A stretch of 64,000 nucleotides of DNA from assembly GCA_963666275.2 (NCBI GenBank), contig CAXXOA010000001.1:352001-416000 (forward strand), read 5' to 3'. Made by a program: the position numbers and the translations under genes. This stretch comes from Oceanispirochaeta sp. (GTDB taxonomy: Bacteria > Spirochaetota > Spirochaetia > DSM-2461). Positions 49,801 to 58,040 of the stretch are shown here, piece after piece. Positions within the stretch are counted from its first letter, which is position 1. The number at the start of each line of letters is the position of its first letter. The notes under the pieces were generated by a model that had not been told where the DNA came from, did not search any database, and saw only the letters and a program-made list of their open reading frames with translations.

Positions 49801-49850
49801 GGGAGCCCATGAAGTACTCCAAGTCGGAACGCCAGTGGTTTGATAAGTGA
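46827..49850 (+). CDS. Large lipoprotein with BNR/Asp-box beta-propeller repeats
   Basis: Lipobox-like FLTFQSC; SFDGGKSW, SRNGGTSW and SYDGGTTW Asp boxes. Confidence 0.82.
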   Translation: MHSPRFFRVPFLSFFLFTSFLTFQSCSRELETIEPVSRSVASLPENSEVICAGTWRSDEGEETIAALLREKGTEKLFLFPSGREVNISDFQEAVFGTSPGEFLCWGYGEDQTMVIQNYEGVIESIPLDYYQERVILCSNGKDYAYLDWAKNNFFLYKNGKRIYSSTVYPHVLFDRKGRLYFSCHTDHIPQSGEKRNFNDLVLMNEDRQILVPAGIYSTGQDNLKVRFDPSNRLFIESVFTIDYEESLVLLRRADSHYPDEVDVMADREAYGEYLKKHSLFCIDTKTDGSPAEEIQQECVIYKQGEEYAREQIITEYDFSPRGDSLTYGAFNLKEPGFFDKFSNTSYRAADGTYGLDYHLDFTIKRDAKTLFQAELVKIRSLARILGLPADRAILEATKPVFSRGELQEDGLVSSLEFAGDSRVLMNINMPVSDWDDYKKTEFVRVSHKSFYFKTSHQLSFNNTHIESHFQINRDPIEGIKGYRLLDREEELPPGTFILIGQDEREYPIIGGKVSATSFDRILGASSNGNGMVEFTALEGKELRSLTFHSPLKETREERKEAAPDIEGLTINERAMDDQGIYLATDQGMFISFDGGKSWEQHNRNTVLPSLDQDNISTLILSSDEGYLLSQGILWKRVSNGRWEPLSFPFESHDMISDGTSLYLSSLGENFIAPLTNPQNYVTTYYYNNEKASLFEGDPVTADLADARFYKNTKWVLDRKSQVYYQDDNIWTGLGFHRSGDERQENIFSFAFGEDSIFLGTWKGLFRSRNGGTSWVGYDVSRGVSGNFIREIALQDNRVFALTGTTVVIMEDGIQYFKFVGDDYGYRWSFQGENAVSYELGEELPDYEVHGNRAYREKDNYCGISYSYDGGTTWENIHLEEIAERKDNSYWGAHIVSDENWLYLSIGSEIYKTGLDEMNWQRMDSPGDESVREMKIMEGKLYIRTESKDTSRYFFFQDGWQPFEPESIRSFPFMDCQSVESDGEYIYAYPQEGEPMKYSKSERQWFDK

Positions 49851-49888
49851 TTGTCATTCAGACAGCAGCTACCGGTGCCAATCATGTA

Positions 49889-49917
49889 TTGCTGTTCTTT
49901 AAATAGTCGTTTATGCT
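49889..49917 (+). promoter_or_regulatory. Duplicated sigma70-like promoter, copy 1
   Basis: TTGCTG-N17-TATGCT. Confidence 0.6.
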
Positions 49918-49960
49918 GTGGCTTCTCTATAATTCAACCCGCCTTTACCGGAGTGTACAC

Positions 49961-50779
49961 ATGAAAGAATCCCGGCCGTTTCCCTGGCCTTTACTGCTGC
50001 TGATCCAGATTGCCTATGTGATCTGGGTTTCTCTCAAAACCTATCATCTGGACAATAACCACGACAGCGATGCCGCCGCCTTCTACAGGATCAGTCTGCT
50101 GCTCCTGCTGGGAGCGGGATTTTTTGTCAGGTTTGACGGGGCCGAAAAGAAGTTCCGGAAATACTTTCTGATCATTCCCGCTGCTCTCTGGATCATCTTT
50201 TTTGCAGGCGGTGAGATCCGGGACTATACCCCTGTAGGCAAGGGGGTGGAAAAACTCAATGCAGCCTGCCGGGACAGCAGTTTTTCCAGAACCGTCCTGA
50301 GACTCCACAAAAAATATCACTACTCCCGGCATCAGCTGGAAGAGGCCATGGGGAAGGCTGTCTATTATGACAATCCGGAGATTGCCCGGGCCCTTCTCAG
50401 CCTGGAAGTGCCCCTGGATTATCCCACCCGGGAATTTGATCCGGATAACTTCCGCACCTGGCCATGGATGCACCAGGCCGCTATTTCGGAATCTATGGAT
50501 GTGATGGATCTGCTTCTGGAGTCGGGTGTTCCCATAGATATCACCGATGCCCGGGGCAGGACCCCCCTGATGTTAGCGGCCTTTCAGATCAAACCCCTGT
50601 CGATGAAGTATCTGCTGGATCACGGGGCAGATATGAGCGCCCGGGATGAGCAGGGACTAGATGCGGCTCAGGTTTTTCTCTCAAGCAATCTGTCTGTATC
50701 GGGCGATAAAAAGAGGGCCCTGCAGGATCTCCTGGCTGACGCAGGGGCGGATTTTTCTTGTGCAGACAGGGGAGAATAA
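49961..50779 (+). CDS. 3-TM-anchored ankyrin repeat protein (short tandem paralog)
   Basis: QIAYVIW anchor; WPWMHQAA and GRTPLMLAA; ACCGGAGT RBS. Confidence 0.88.
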   Translation: MKESRPFPWPLLLLIQIAYVIWVSLKTYHLDNNHDSDAAAFYRISLLLLLGAGFFVRFDGAEKKFRKYFLIIPAALWIIFFAGGEIRDYTPVGKGVEKLNAACRDSSFSRTVLRLHKKYHYSRHQLEEAMGKAVYYDNPEIARALLSLEVPLDYPTREFDPDNFRTWPWMHQAAISESMDVMDLLLESGVPIDITDARGRTPLMLAAFQIKPLSMKYLLDHGADMSARDEQGLDAAQVFLSSNLSVSGDKKRALQDLLADAGADFSCADRGE

Positions 50780-50852
50780 TAGGCAGGTGAAAGGTATTTT
50801 CTGACGCTGCGATAACAGCCCGTTCTTAAGAAATCCGGGGATTAATAGTGTA

Positions 50853-50881
50853 TTGCTGTTCTATAAGTGAACGTGTATATT
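50853..50881 (+). promoter_or_regulatory. Duplicated sigma70-like promoter, copy 2
   Basis: TTGCTG-N17-TATATT. Confidence 0.6.
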
Positions 50882-50921
50882 GTTATAGATTCCTGAATCT
50901 CAGTTAGACCGGAGTTTCCCC

Positions 50922-52706
50922 ATGAAAGATAACAGAAAATTTTCCCGGATCCCAATACTCCTTCAAACCGCCTATGTGATCTGGATATTTTTTCAGACCT
51001 GGCAGCTCTCACAAAGCCATATCAATGGGGACGCTCTGTTTTTTGGTGCCAGTCTGGCTGTGCAGCTGATGGCAGTGGTTCTTATTTTCCTTGTGACCCT
51101 GAAAAAGGGGAGAATAGAGCTGCTTCTCCTGCCTTTCTTTTTCTGGATGCTGATCATGGTGGGAGGACAATTCGGGAATTACCACTCCCCGGCGGGGGGA
51201 ACTCAGCAATTTGAACACCTCTCCGGGGAAGAGAAAAAGCTGTTACGGGCAGCCGGGAAAGGATCAGCCCAGAAGATTCTGGGGCTTCAGGAAAAGTATC
51301 ATTACTCTCCGGATTTTCTGAAAAAAGCCATGCACCAGGCCCTGGTAAAGGATAATCGCGAAATGTTTCAGGCGGCGGAGGAGCTGGGAATACCTCTGGA
51401 CAGGCTCAATCCAGAGGACTTATATTTCCAGCCCTGGATTCATCAGGCTGTGATGGAAGAAGCTTTAGATGTGATGGCCTACCTTCTGGAAAGGGGAATT
51501 TCTGTTGATTCAACAGGTCCCCTGGGGATGACAGCCCTTATGGTGGCGGCTTATGAGGGCAAACCCCGGGCAGTAGAGTTTCTGATCTCTCAGAGGGCCG
51601 ACCTGGAAGTTATGAATAACCGGGGATTCCGAGCTATCGATCTCAGCGTCATGGATGAATGGGACGGGCCTTTGAATGACAGACAGCATATTGTAGAGGT
51701 GAAACAAACCATCTTCGATCAGCTGGTTCAGGCAGGCTCAGCTAAGGAAGCATTGAATCCCTATAGTCTGACACTGCTGGATCTGTCGGGGAACTGGCTG
51801 GGGGACCATCTGGAAAGTTTGGGGTATAAGCATGGAGCGGAAACCTTCGATTACGGAGAAACTCTCCTTCATCAGGCGGCAGAGAAGGGTGATCTTCAGC
51901 TGATAAGGGAGATTATGGATGAAGGGGCCATACCCATTGATTACGGAAGCTGGCAGGAATGGAGGTCCCCCCTCTTCTTCAGTCTTTATAACCAGGAGAA
52001 TACAGCTGCACTGAAGCTCCTGGTGGACCGGGGAACCGATGTGAACCTGCCTGATAGAGAGGGACTTACGCCTCTGATGTACGGCTGCTCCCATATAACT
52101 GAATCCTCAGAGCCTCTTCAATATCTGCTGGACCATGGAGCCGATCCTTTACTGGAATCTGATGAAGGCTTAAACGCCCTGGACTATCTGACGGACAATC
52201 CCCATCTGGATTTCAGCCTCTGGAAAGAAATGATTCAAAGGGGGATTCCCGTTGATTCAGCTGTGATGGCGAAAGCGGTAAAGTCCTGGTTCGAAACAAA
52301 GGATTTTATCCTGAATAGGGATCAGGATCTTACCCCTTCTGAAAAAAAGGTCAAACTAAGCGCCAACGATGCCGGTCTGGCCTGGATCTGGGAGCAGGGA
52401 GAGGGGGCTATAGCTGAAGATCAGTGGGATGGTCTTCTTATGGCGGCAGCCAGTTATTCCAATCTGCCCTGTTTCCGGATAGCCCTGGCTCACGGCGGTA
52501 ATCCCGACTTTGAAGACAGGGGTGTCTCTGTTGTTCAGAGGATACTGATTGAAGACGGGATAGAACTTATGAAGTCCCTGGTAGAGAATCACCCCCGGTG
52601 GCAGAATCTCCCGGAGGATCATGAGAGGCTGAACTGCCTTCAGGAGGAAGCGGAAGAGTACGTTTCCTTTGATCTGTTAGATTACTTTACAGATATGGGA
52701 GCATAG
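50922..52706 (+). CDS. 3-TM-anchored ankyrin repeat protein (tandem paralog)
   Basis: QTAYVIW anchor; PWIHQAV, GETLLHQAA, EWRSPLFFSLYN and TPLMYGC. Confidence 0.9.
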   Translation: MKDNRKFSRIPILLQTAYVIWIFFQTWQLSQSHINGDALFFGASLAVQLMAVVLIFLVTLKKGRIELLLLPFFFWMLIMVGGQFGNYHSPAGGTQQFEHLSGEEKKLLRAAGKGSAQKILGLQEKYHYSPDFLKKAMHQALVKDNREMFQAAEELGIPLDRLNPEDLYFQPWIHQAVMEEALDVMAYLLERGISVDSTGPLGMTALMVAAYEGKPRAVEFLISQRADLEVMNNRGFRAIDLSVMDEWDGPLNDRQHIVEVKQTIFDQLVQAGSAKEALNPYSLTLLDLSGNWLGDHLESLGYKHGAETFDYGETLLHQAAEKGDLQLIREIMDEGAIPIDYGSWQEWRSPLFFSLYNQENTAALKLLVDRGTDVNLPDREGLTPLMYGCSHITESSEPLQYLLDHGADPLLESDEGLNALDYLTDNPHLDFSLWKEMIQRGIPVDSAVMAKAVKSWFETKDFILNRDQDLTPSEKKVKLSANDAGLAWIWEQGEGAIAEDQWDGLLMAAASYSNLPCFRIALAHGGNPDFEDRGVSVVQRILIEDGIELMKSLVENHPRWQNLPEDHERLNCLQEEAEEYVSFDLLDYFTDMGA

Positions 52707-52804
52707 AGTTCTACTGCCGGTGAAGAATACTCTTGAAAAAAGACATTCCCTGAAATGAAAAAAAAGACGATGGGCTTTGACGGAGTTCGGTGTTTAATAG
52801 TATG

Positions 52805-52833
52805 CTCCTGTTTAATAAGTAAACGAATATCTT
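52805..52833 (+). promoter_or_regulatory. Duplicated sigma70-like promoter, copy 3
   Basis: CTCCTG-N17-TATCTT with a spacer similar to copy 2. Confidence 0.5.
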
Positions 52834-52869
52834 TGTTTTCCTTACATCCCAGTTTAACCGGAGTCCCCC

Positions 52870-54897
52870 ATGAAAAAAGAAGCGAAACGTTTCCCCTGGC
52901 TGTTGTTCCTTGTTCAGATCGCCTATGTGATCTGGATCTTTTTTAAAACCTACAAGCTGTCCCGTGTCAATGACGACGATGCGGCTCTTTTTTACAGGAT
53001 CAGTCTGATCGCCCTGCTGCTGACGGGATTTTTTATCAATTTTTCTGATGAAATAAAAAAATACAGGAAAGTGTTCCTCATAGTGCCTTTTTCTCTCTGG
53101 ATGGTCCTAATCGCCGGGGGGATGATCAAAGACTACAGTCCCGAAGAGGCGGCCAGGGAAAAACTCTTCAAGGCCGCCGAATCCGGAAAAGCCGAAAAGA
53201 TCCTTTCTCTTCAGGAAAAGCATGAATATTCCCGGGACACTCTGGAAACGGCCATGTGGTATGGCATCTATTCGGATAATCCCGGGGTGTTTAGGGCAGC
53301 AAATGAACTGGGACTCTCTCTGGATTCTCCTTCCCGCCCTTTCGATCCCGAGCAGACCCTCTCCTGGCCCTGGATCCATCAGGCCGCGGAAGAGGAAGCT
53401 CTGGATGTTATGACATACCTCCTGGAAGCGGGAATCCCTGTTGATAGCGCCGATCCCCGTGGAATAACTCCCCTGATGGTTGCTGCGGACCGTTCCAGAC
53501 CCGGAGCTGTGGAGTTTCTGATCAGTCAGGGAGCCTATCTGGAAGCTGTAGATGACCGGGGTTACCGGGCTATCGAGATCGGTGTATTGAACAACTGGGG
53601 CGGCGACGAAGAGGAGGAGAAAAAGGTTTTTGATCTCTTTGTGCAGGCCGGCTCGGATACGGAAAAGAGGAATCGCTACGGCCATACCCTGCTGAATATG
53701 GCCCGGTATCCTCTGGATGATTACCTGGAGAGCCTGGGATATGAGTCTGGAGCGGAATTGGATTTCGGAGAAACTGACCTCCACAAGGCCGCCGAAAGGG
53801 GCGATCTGAAAGAGATCCGCCGCATCCTCGATAATGATGAGGTTTTCATTGATTTCGGCGACCGGGATGAGTGGCGGTCTCCCCTGTTCTACAGCCTGTA
53901 TAACCTGGATAACACCCCGGCTCTGAAACTCCTTGTGGATAGGGGAGCCGATGTGAACCTGCCCGACAAAAACGGCATTACCCCTCTGATGTACGGATGC
54001 TACAACATCTGGAACTCTTCGGTGTCCCAGCTCTATCTGCTGGATCACGGGGCCGATCCCTTTATGGTCAGCAATGAGGGCTTTACAGTTATGGACTTTC
54101 TCATGGACAACAGCCTGCAGGATTTCACCCTCTGGAAGGCCCTTATTGAAAGGGGCGTTCCCGTGGATCGCCAGGTTCTGATGACATCAGTCTACTCCTG
54201 GTACCAGACAAAAGACTACACCCTCCATTACGAAGAGGATATTTCCTCCGCCGGCAGAAGGCGGAAGCTGGCGGCCCTTGATGCGGATCTGGCCTGGATC
54301 TGGCAGAAAGGGGAGAGTTCCCTGACCGGGGAGGAATGGGGAGGACCTCTTCTGGCTGCGGCGGAGTACAACAATCTGCCCTGCTTCCAGATCGCTCTCT
54401 CCCATGGAGGCTCACTGGATTATGAGTACGAGGATGTGTCGGTCACCCGCAGGATCCTGATTGAAGACGGCCTGGAGCTTATGAAATACCTGGTTGCAGA
54501 AGATAAGGCCTGGCAGAATCTGGCGGAGGATCAGGAGAGACTGAACCATGTCTTTCATGAGTCTGTGGTCTATGGCTCCATCGGCCTGGCTGAGTATTTT
54601 ATGGATTTGGGAGCGGATATCCATTCCAGAGGCGATGTATTTTTTCACGGGGGCGAGGGGACGCCGGTTTTATTTGAAGTTGAACCATCCGAACCGGCAA
54701 CAGGCTCGTCTTTCAGAGACAAGGAAGATCTTGTGGTGGCCCTCTATAAACTGCTCATACAGAGAGGCGCCGATCTGAAGGCTGTGGATAAAGAGGGAGA
54801 TACGGTAAGGGAATCCCTCTCCTGGCGGAACAGCAATCAGGAAAAGCTGCTCCTCAGGGCTCTGGATGAGCTGGGGATCGATCCGGAGGATGTGTGA
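52870..54897 (+). CDS. 3-TM-anchored ankyrin repeat protein (tandem paralog)
   Basis: QIAYVIW anchor; WPWIHQAA, GETDLHKAA, EWRSPLFYSLYN and TPLMYGC. Confidence 0.9.
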   Translation: MKKEAKRFPWLLFLVQIAYVIWIFFKTYKLSRVNDDDAALFYRISLIALLLTGFFINFSDEIKKYRKVFLIVPFSLWMVLIAGGMIKDYSPEEAAREKLFKAAESGKAEKILSLQEKHEYSRDTLETAMWYGIYSDNPGVFRAANELGLSLDSPSRPFDPEQTLSWPWIHQAAEEEALDVMTYLLEAGIPVDSADPRGITPLMVAADRSRPGAVEFLISQGAYLEAVDDRGYRAIEIGVLNNWGGDEEEEKKVFDLFVQAGSDTEKRNRYGHTLLNMARYPLDDYLESLGYESGAELDFGETDLHKAAERGDLKEIRRILDNDEVFIDFGDRDEWRSPLFYSLYNLDNTPALKLLVDRGADVNLPDKNGITPLMYGCYNIWNSSVSQLYLLDHGADPFMVSNEGFTVMDFLMDNSLQDFTLWKALIERGVPVDRQVLMTSVYSWYQTKDYTLHYEEDISSAGRRRKLAALDADLAWIWQKGESSLTGEEWGGPLLAAAEYNNLPCFQIALSHGGSLDYEYEDVSVTRRILIEDGLELMKYLVAEDKAWQNLAEDQERLNHVFHESVVYGSIGLAEYFMDLGADIHSRGDVFFHGGEGTPVLFEVEPSEPATGSSFRDKEDLVVALYKLLIQRGADLKAVDKEGDTVRESLSWRNSNQEKLLLRALDELGIDPEDV

Positions 54898-54926
54898 TGT
54901 TTCACCGGAGAAGAGGGAGGAATAAA

Positions 54927-55829
54927 ATGGGAAGAAGAGATTTGAAAAAATATCTGTTGCGGATCTGCCTCTGTGCTTTGCTTCCGTCTCTATCCGCTCA
55001 GTCGGAAAACCGCCTGCTGGAACTGACAAAACCCTATATGAACGGTCCGGATGTGATGTTCCTGCAGCAGCAGCTGATCTATCTGGGTTACGATCCGGGT
55101 TCAGACGGGGCTGATGGCTGGTTCGGCCCCAGAACCTCACAGATGGTGAAAAGCTATGAAGAAGATCACAGCCTGACAATAGACGGCCAATGGCCTTCCG
55201 GGACCCCTCTTACGGATATGAAAACGTCCTACTCTGTGAGTCCGCTGGAGACAGTTCCAGCCAGGATCAGTCCCCTGGCTACCTTCAGGAACCATCAGTT
55301 CAGTCATCTGGAAGGTTCCCTTAGCTATCATACCTATTTCGGTGCATTTACCGTGACATACCATACCCAGGGCGGTCCGGAACCTTACCTGACACTGGAT
55401 GTGGGACGACGGGAATTTTATGTTACCAGTGGTTTTGAACTCTCTCCGGACGGACGATTCCTGCTGATGGAACAATGGGATCTTTCCAGCTCTTCCGGAT
55501 CCCAGGGGTTCGATATTATCGATCTCCTGACAGGCCAGAATTTTTTTATATCCTACTGGAAACTGGATCCGGAAAAGGATCGGGGCCTGAGAGATACGGT
55601 TTACAGGGTGAACCTCAGGTGGATCGATGACAATACCATCGCCGCCAATCCGGAGTTTGATTACAGGCAGTTTGACGGCCATCCGGGGCATGAAGAGGCT
55701 TTGAAGGAGGAACTGGGAGAGCTGGCAGGAGTCAGTGATCCCCTGGATCTCGGCTGGTATGCCCTCTCCTTCGGTTCTCCCGAGGCCGGTGAAATCCTCG
55801 GTCCCGCAAGGTTTGTCGCAAAGGATTAG
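54927..55829 (+). CDS. Secreted peptidoglycan-binding domain protein
   Basis: GGGAGG RBS; signal peptide; GPDVMFLQQQLIYLGY...DGWFGPRT...LTIDG (PG_binding_1 pattern). Confidence 0.82.
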   Translation: MGRRDLKKYLLRICLCALLPSLSAQSENRLLELTKPYMNGPDVMFLQQQLIYLGYDPGSDGADGWFGPRTSQMVKSYEEDHSLTIDGQWPSGTPLTDMKTSYSVSPLETVPARISPLATFRNHQFSHLEGSLSYHTYFGAFTVTYHTQGGPEPYLTLDVGRREFYVTSGFELSPDGRFLLMEQWDLSSSSGSQGFDIIDLLTGQNFFISYWKLDPEKDRGLRDTVYRVNLRWIDDNTIAANPEFDYRQFDGHPGHEEALKEELGELAGVSDPLDLGWYALSFGSPEAGEILGPARFVAKD

Positions 55830-55940
55830 ATCAGAAAGGGCTGGTTCTCATCAATCACGATAGGCTGCTTACAGGCAAAATACCTGAAGATTTTTCCCGG
55901 TGGCTATCCCGAGAGCCGGGGGCATAATCCTCTGGCTCCT

Positions 55941-56432
55941 TCAATCCTTCCGGGGTCTTTCCCAACGGTTGAAGGTCAGGTTTCTGTCATTCTGTGATGA
56001 CCAGCCTTCATAGATGTCCTCTGTCCGTTTGAATAAGCTGAAATGGCCTGTTCCACGGGAACCCCAGTCGGAATCAAAGCGCCATTCCTCCCTGTCATAA
56101 TCATATGCCACGTTGGTCAGTCCTGATGTAAAAATGAAGTTCACAGAATAGGAATTCATTTGGACATGCGTACCATCACGCCGTATGGACTGATGCATTT
56201 CCAGTGATCCGTCTTTTTCCGATACCACAAATGTTCCACCGTAAAGGAAATCCTGGTTCACAAGCATATACTGATTCCATTCACCGAGAATGGGGAGGGA
56301 GGTCGGCTCGTTTGTCTGTTCTTCCGGAAGATATCCCTGGGATAGGGAGGTACAGCCGGAGAGGAGCAGGAACACCAGGGAGATCAGTGTCATTTTGACA
56401 GGAAGAATCGGTTTTGATTGCGTTTGCACCAT
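55941..56432 (-). CDS. Lipoprotein of unknown function
   Basis: Lipobox LLLSGC; beta-rich mature region; AAGGA RBS. Confidence 0.7.
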   Translation of the reverse strand: MVQTQSKPILPVKMTLISLVFLLLSGCTSLSQGYLPEEQTNEPTSLPILGEWNQYMLVNQDFLYGGTFVVSEKDGSLEMHQSIRRDGTHVQMNSYSVNFIFTSGLTNVAYDYDREEWRFDSDWGSRGTGHFSLFKRTEDIYEGWSSQNDRNLTFNRWERPRKD

Positions 56433-56581
56433 ATAGTAAAATCCTTTTGATTTGATTATTGCTGACTGCCGGGAAATTCATAAGAGAAACTCCCATGTTA
56501 TAGTATATGGCAGTTTTTTAATAGAGGAGTTTTATGAGACCAACGGACAATGACGTCTCATTCTTTTCCTTCCTTTTCCTG

Positions 56582-57985
56582 TCAGTACTTCTTCAGTAAT
56601 TCATTAATTTCCGGCCGGAACCGGTCTTCCCGGGCCATCCGGATCCATTCCGGTTCCGGCCTGGCTCCCCGTTCCAGGAAGTAGGCCAGGGCCTCGGGGT
56701 TGTTGCTGTCTATGGTCCTTGTCAGAACAGTCCGGTCCTTATACTGCACATCCCATCGGGCGCCGTTTTCCATAAGCAGCTTTGCCAGGGGCAGGACATC
56801 TTCGTACCACATCAGATCCAGAATGGCATACCTTCCCGCAAGGGTCCTTTGATTGGGATCGGCCCCGGCCTCCAGCAGAAATCTGATAATCTCCAGGCTT
56901 TCGCCGGGGAGGGAAGGATCGTACTGGACGCAGGCTTTATAGAGGGGACGGATCCGGGCGTCGGCACTGACTTCCAGGAGCAGCGGCCGGGTCCTGAGAA
57001 GTTCCCGCACCTTTTCCAGGTCCCTTTCCCCTATGGCTCTATGAAGGACTGTTTCTTTGTTTTCGTCCCTTTCGATGGGAATCGCCCCCATCCGGACCAG
57101 TCTGTTCCGGCTGGCTTGGTCCTCCGTTTTCATATAGGGAGTTTCCCCTTCCCGGTCCGGCAGATTGATATCAGCTCCCAGAGCCGTCAGGGTTTCCATG
57201 GCTTCCCACAGCGCATCGGGATTCCCGGCCCATTCCAGGGAGGCCACCAGTGTATGCAGGGGAGGGTTGCTCGGCAAAGGCCAGCTGTCTTTCTCCCGCA
57301 GGTGGATATTCGGATTCACCCCGCGGTTAATAAGATGGGTGAGCATGTCCTTATCAAAGTCCCTGTTCAGGGGAAGAGCGGCAAACAACTGCTGACCCAT
57401 GCGGTAGTGAGGGTCCGCTCCGAGCTCTACCAGCCTGTCGTAGGCGTCGGTCGACCCGATATCCACGGCGGTCTGCAGAGGGGATTCGTCGGTCAGGTGA
57501 TAGTTATTCAGGTCCACCCCCTGCTCCGCAAGGAGCTCCACCATCTCCCATCGGCCGGCCCTGACCGCGCGGCAGAGGGAGGACTCCATCTGGCCAGGGG
57601 AGATCCCTTCGGCGGTATACCTGTCAGCCGAAACTGTACGGGGGTATCTTGTCAGGAGTCTCTCCGCCCTATTCAGGTTATTCTTCTCGACCGCTGCATA
57701 GAGTCTGTCGTCGGGAAAGGGAACAGAGTGGATCAGGGTGATCAGATAGACCGCCGTAAGAAAGAAGGCCGAAGCGATTCGGATCAGGATAGACTTTATG
57801 AGAGATCTTTTAGGCCAGGGGAACAGAAAGGCCAGCACCAGCAGGCCGGTAATGAGTATCCCCAGGGAGGCCCTTGCGGGACTCTGGATTCCCCGGCGCA
57901 GATTGTGAAAGCTGATGCTGAAGGTCAGGCCTATGAGGATCAGAGCAGCAGAAATGAGGAGAACGTATCTGAATCTGGAGGTCAT
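56582..57985 (-). CDS. 3-TM-anchored ankyrin repeat protein (paralog of 30037-31488)
   Basis: Three TM helices; SPLQTAV, PPLHTLV, ETVLHRAI and LLEAGADPN; AAGGAG RBS. Confidence 0.9.
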   Translation of the reverse strand: MTSRFRYVLLISAALILIGLTFSISFHNLRRGIQSPARASLGILITGLLVLAFLFPWPKRSLIKSILIRIASAFFLTAVYLITLIHSVPFPDDRLYAAVEKNNLNRAERLLTRYPRTVSADRYTAEGISPGQMESSLCRAVRAGRWEMVELLAEQGVDLNNYHLTDESPLQTAVDIGSTDAYDRLVELGADPHYRMGQQLFAALPLNRDFDKDMLTHLINRGVNPNIHLREKDSWPLPSNPPLHTLVASLEWAGNPDALWEAMETLTALGADINLPDREGETPYMKTEDQASRNRLVRMGAIPIERDENKETVLHRAIGERDLEKVRELLRTRPLLLEVSADARIRPLYKACVQYDPSLPGESLEIIRFLLEAGADPNQRTLAGRYAILDLMWYEDVLPLAKLLMENGARWDVQYKDRTVLTRTIDSNNPEALAYFLERGARPEPEWIRMAREDRFRPEINELLKKY

Positions 57986-58040
57986 GAGGGCTCCTTTTGT
58001 CCCTTTTTATCCCGGTCCGGCTGAGAAATCCGGTCTTTCA

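Noticed and set aside
19800..58000. Integron cassette array as the explanation for the ankyrin genes and ccdAB
   Set aside because: Genes occur on both strands, several have their own promoters, no repeated attC-like sites were seen, and there is no integrase in the window.
56849..58024. Long antisense ORFs (also 7198-8064, 22634-23536, 24816-25736, 31675-32478, 33911-34750, 53107-54048, 58254-59126)
   Set aside because: They lie opposite well-supported genes and have no recognisable motifs; they are typical shadow ORFs.
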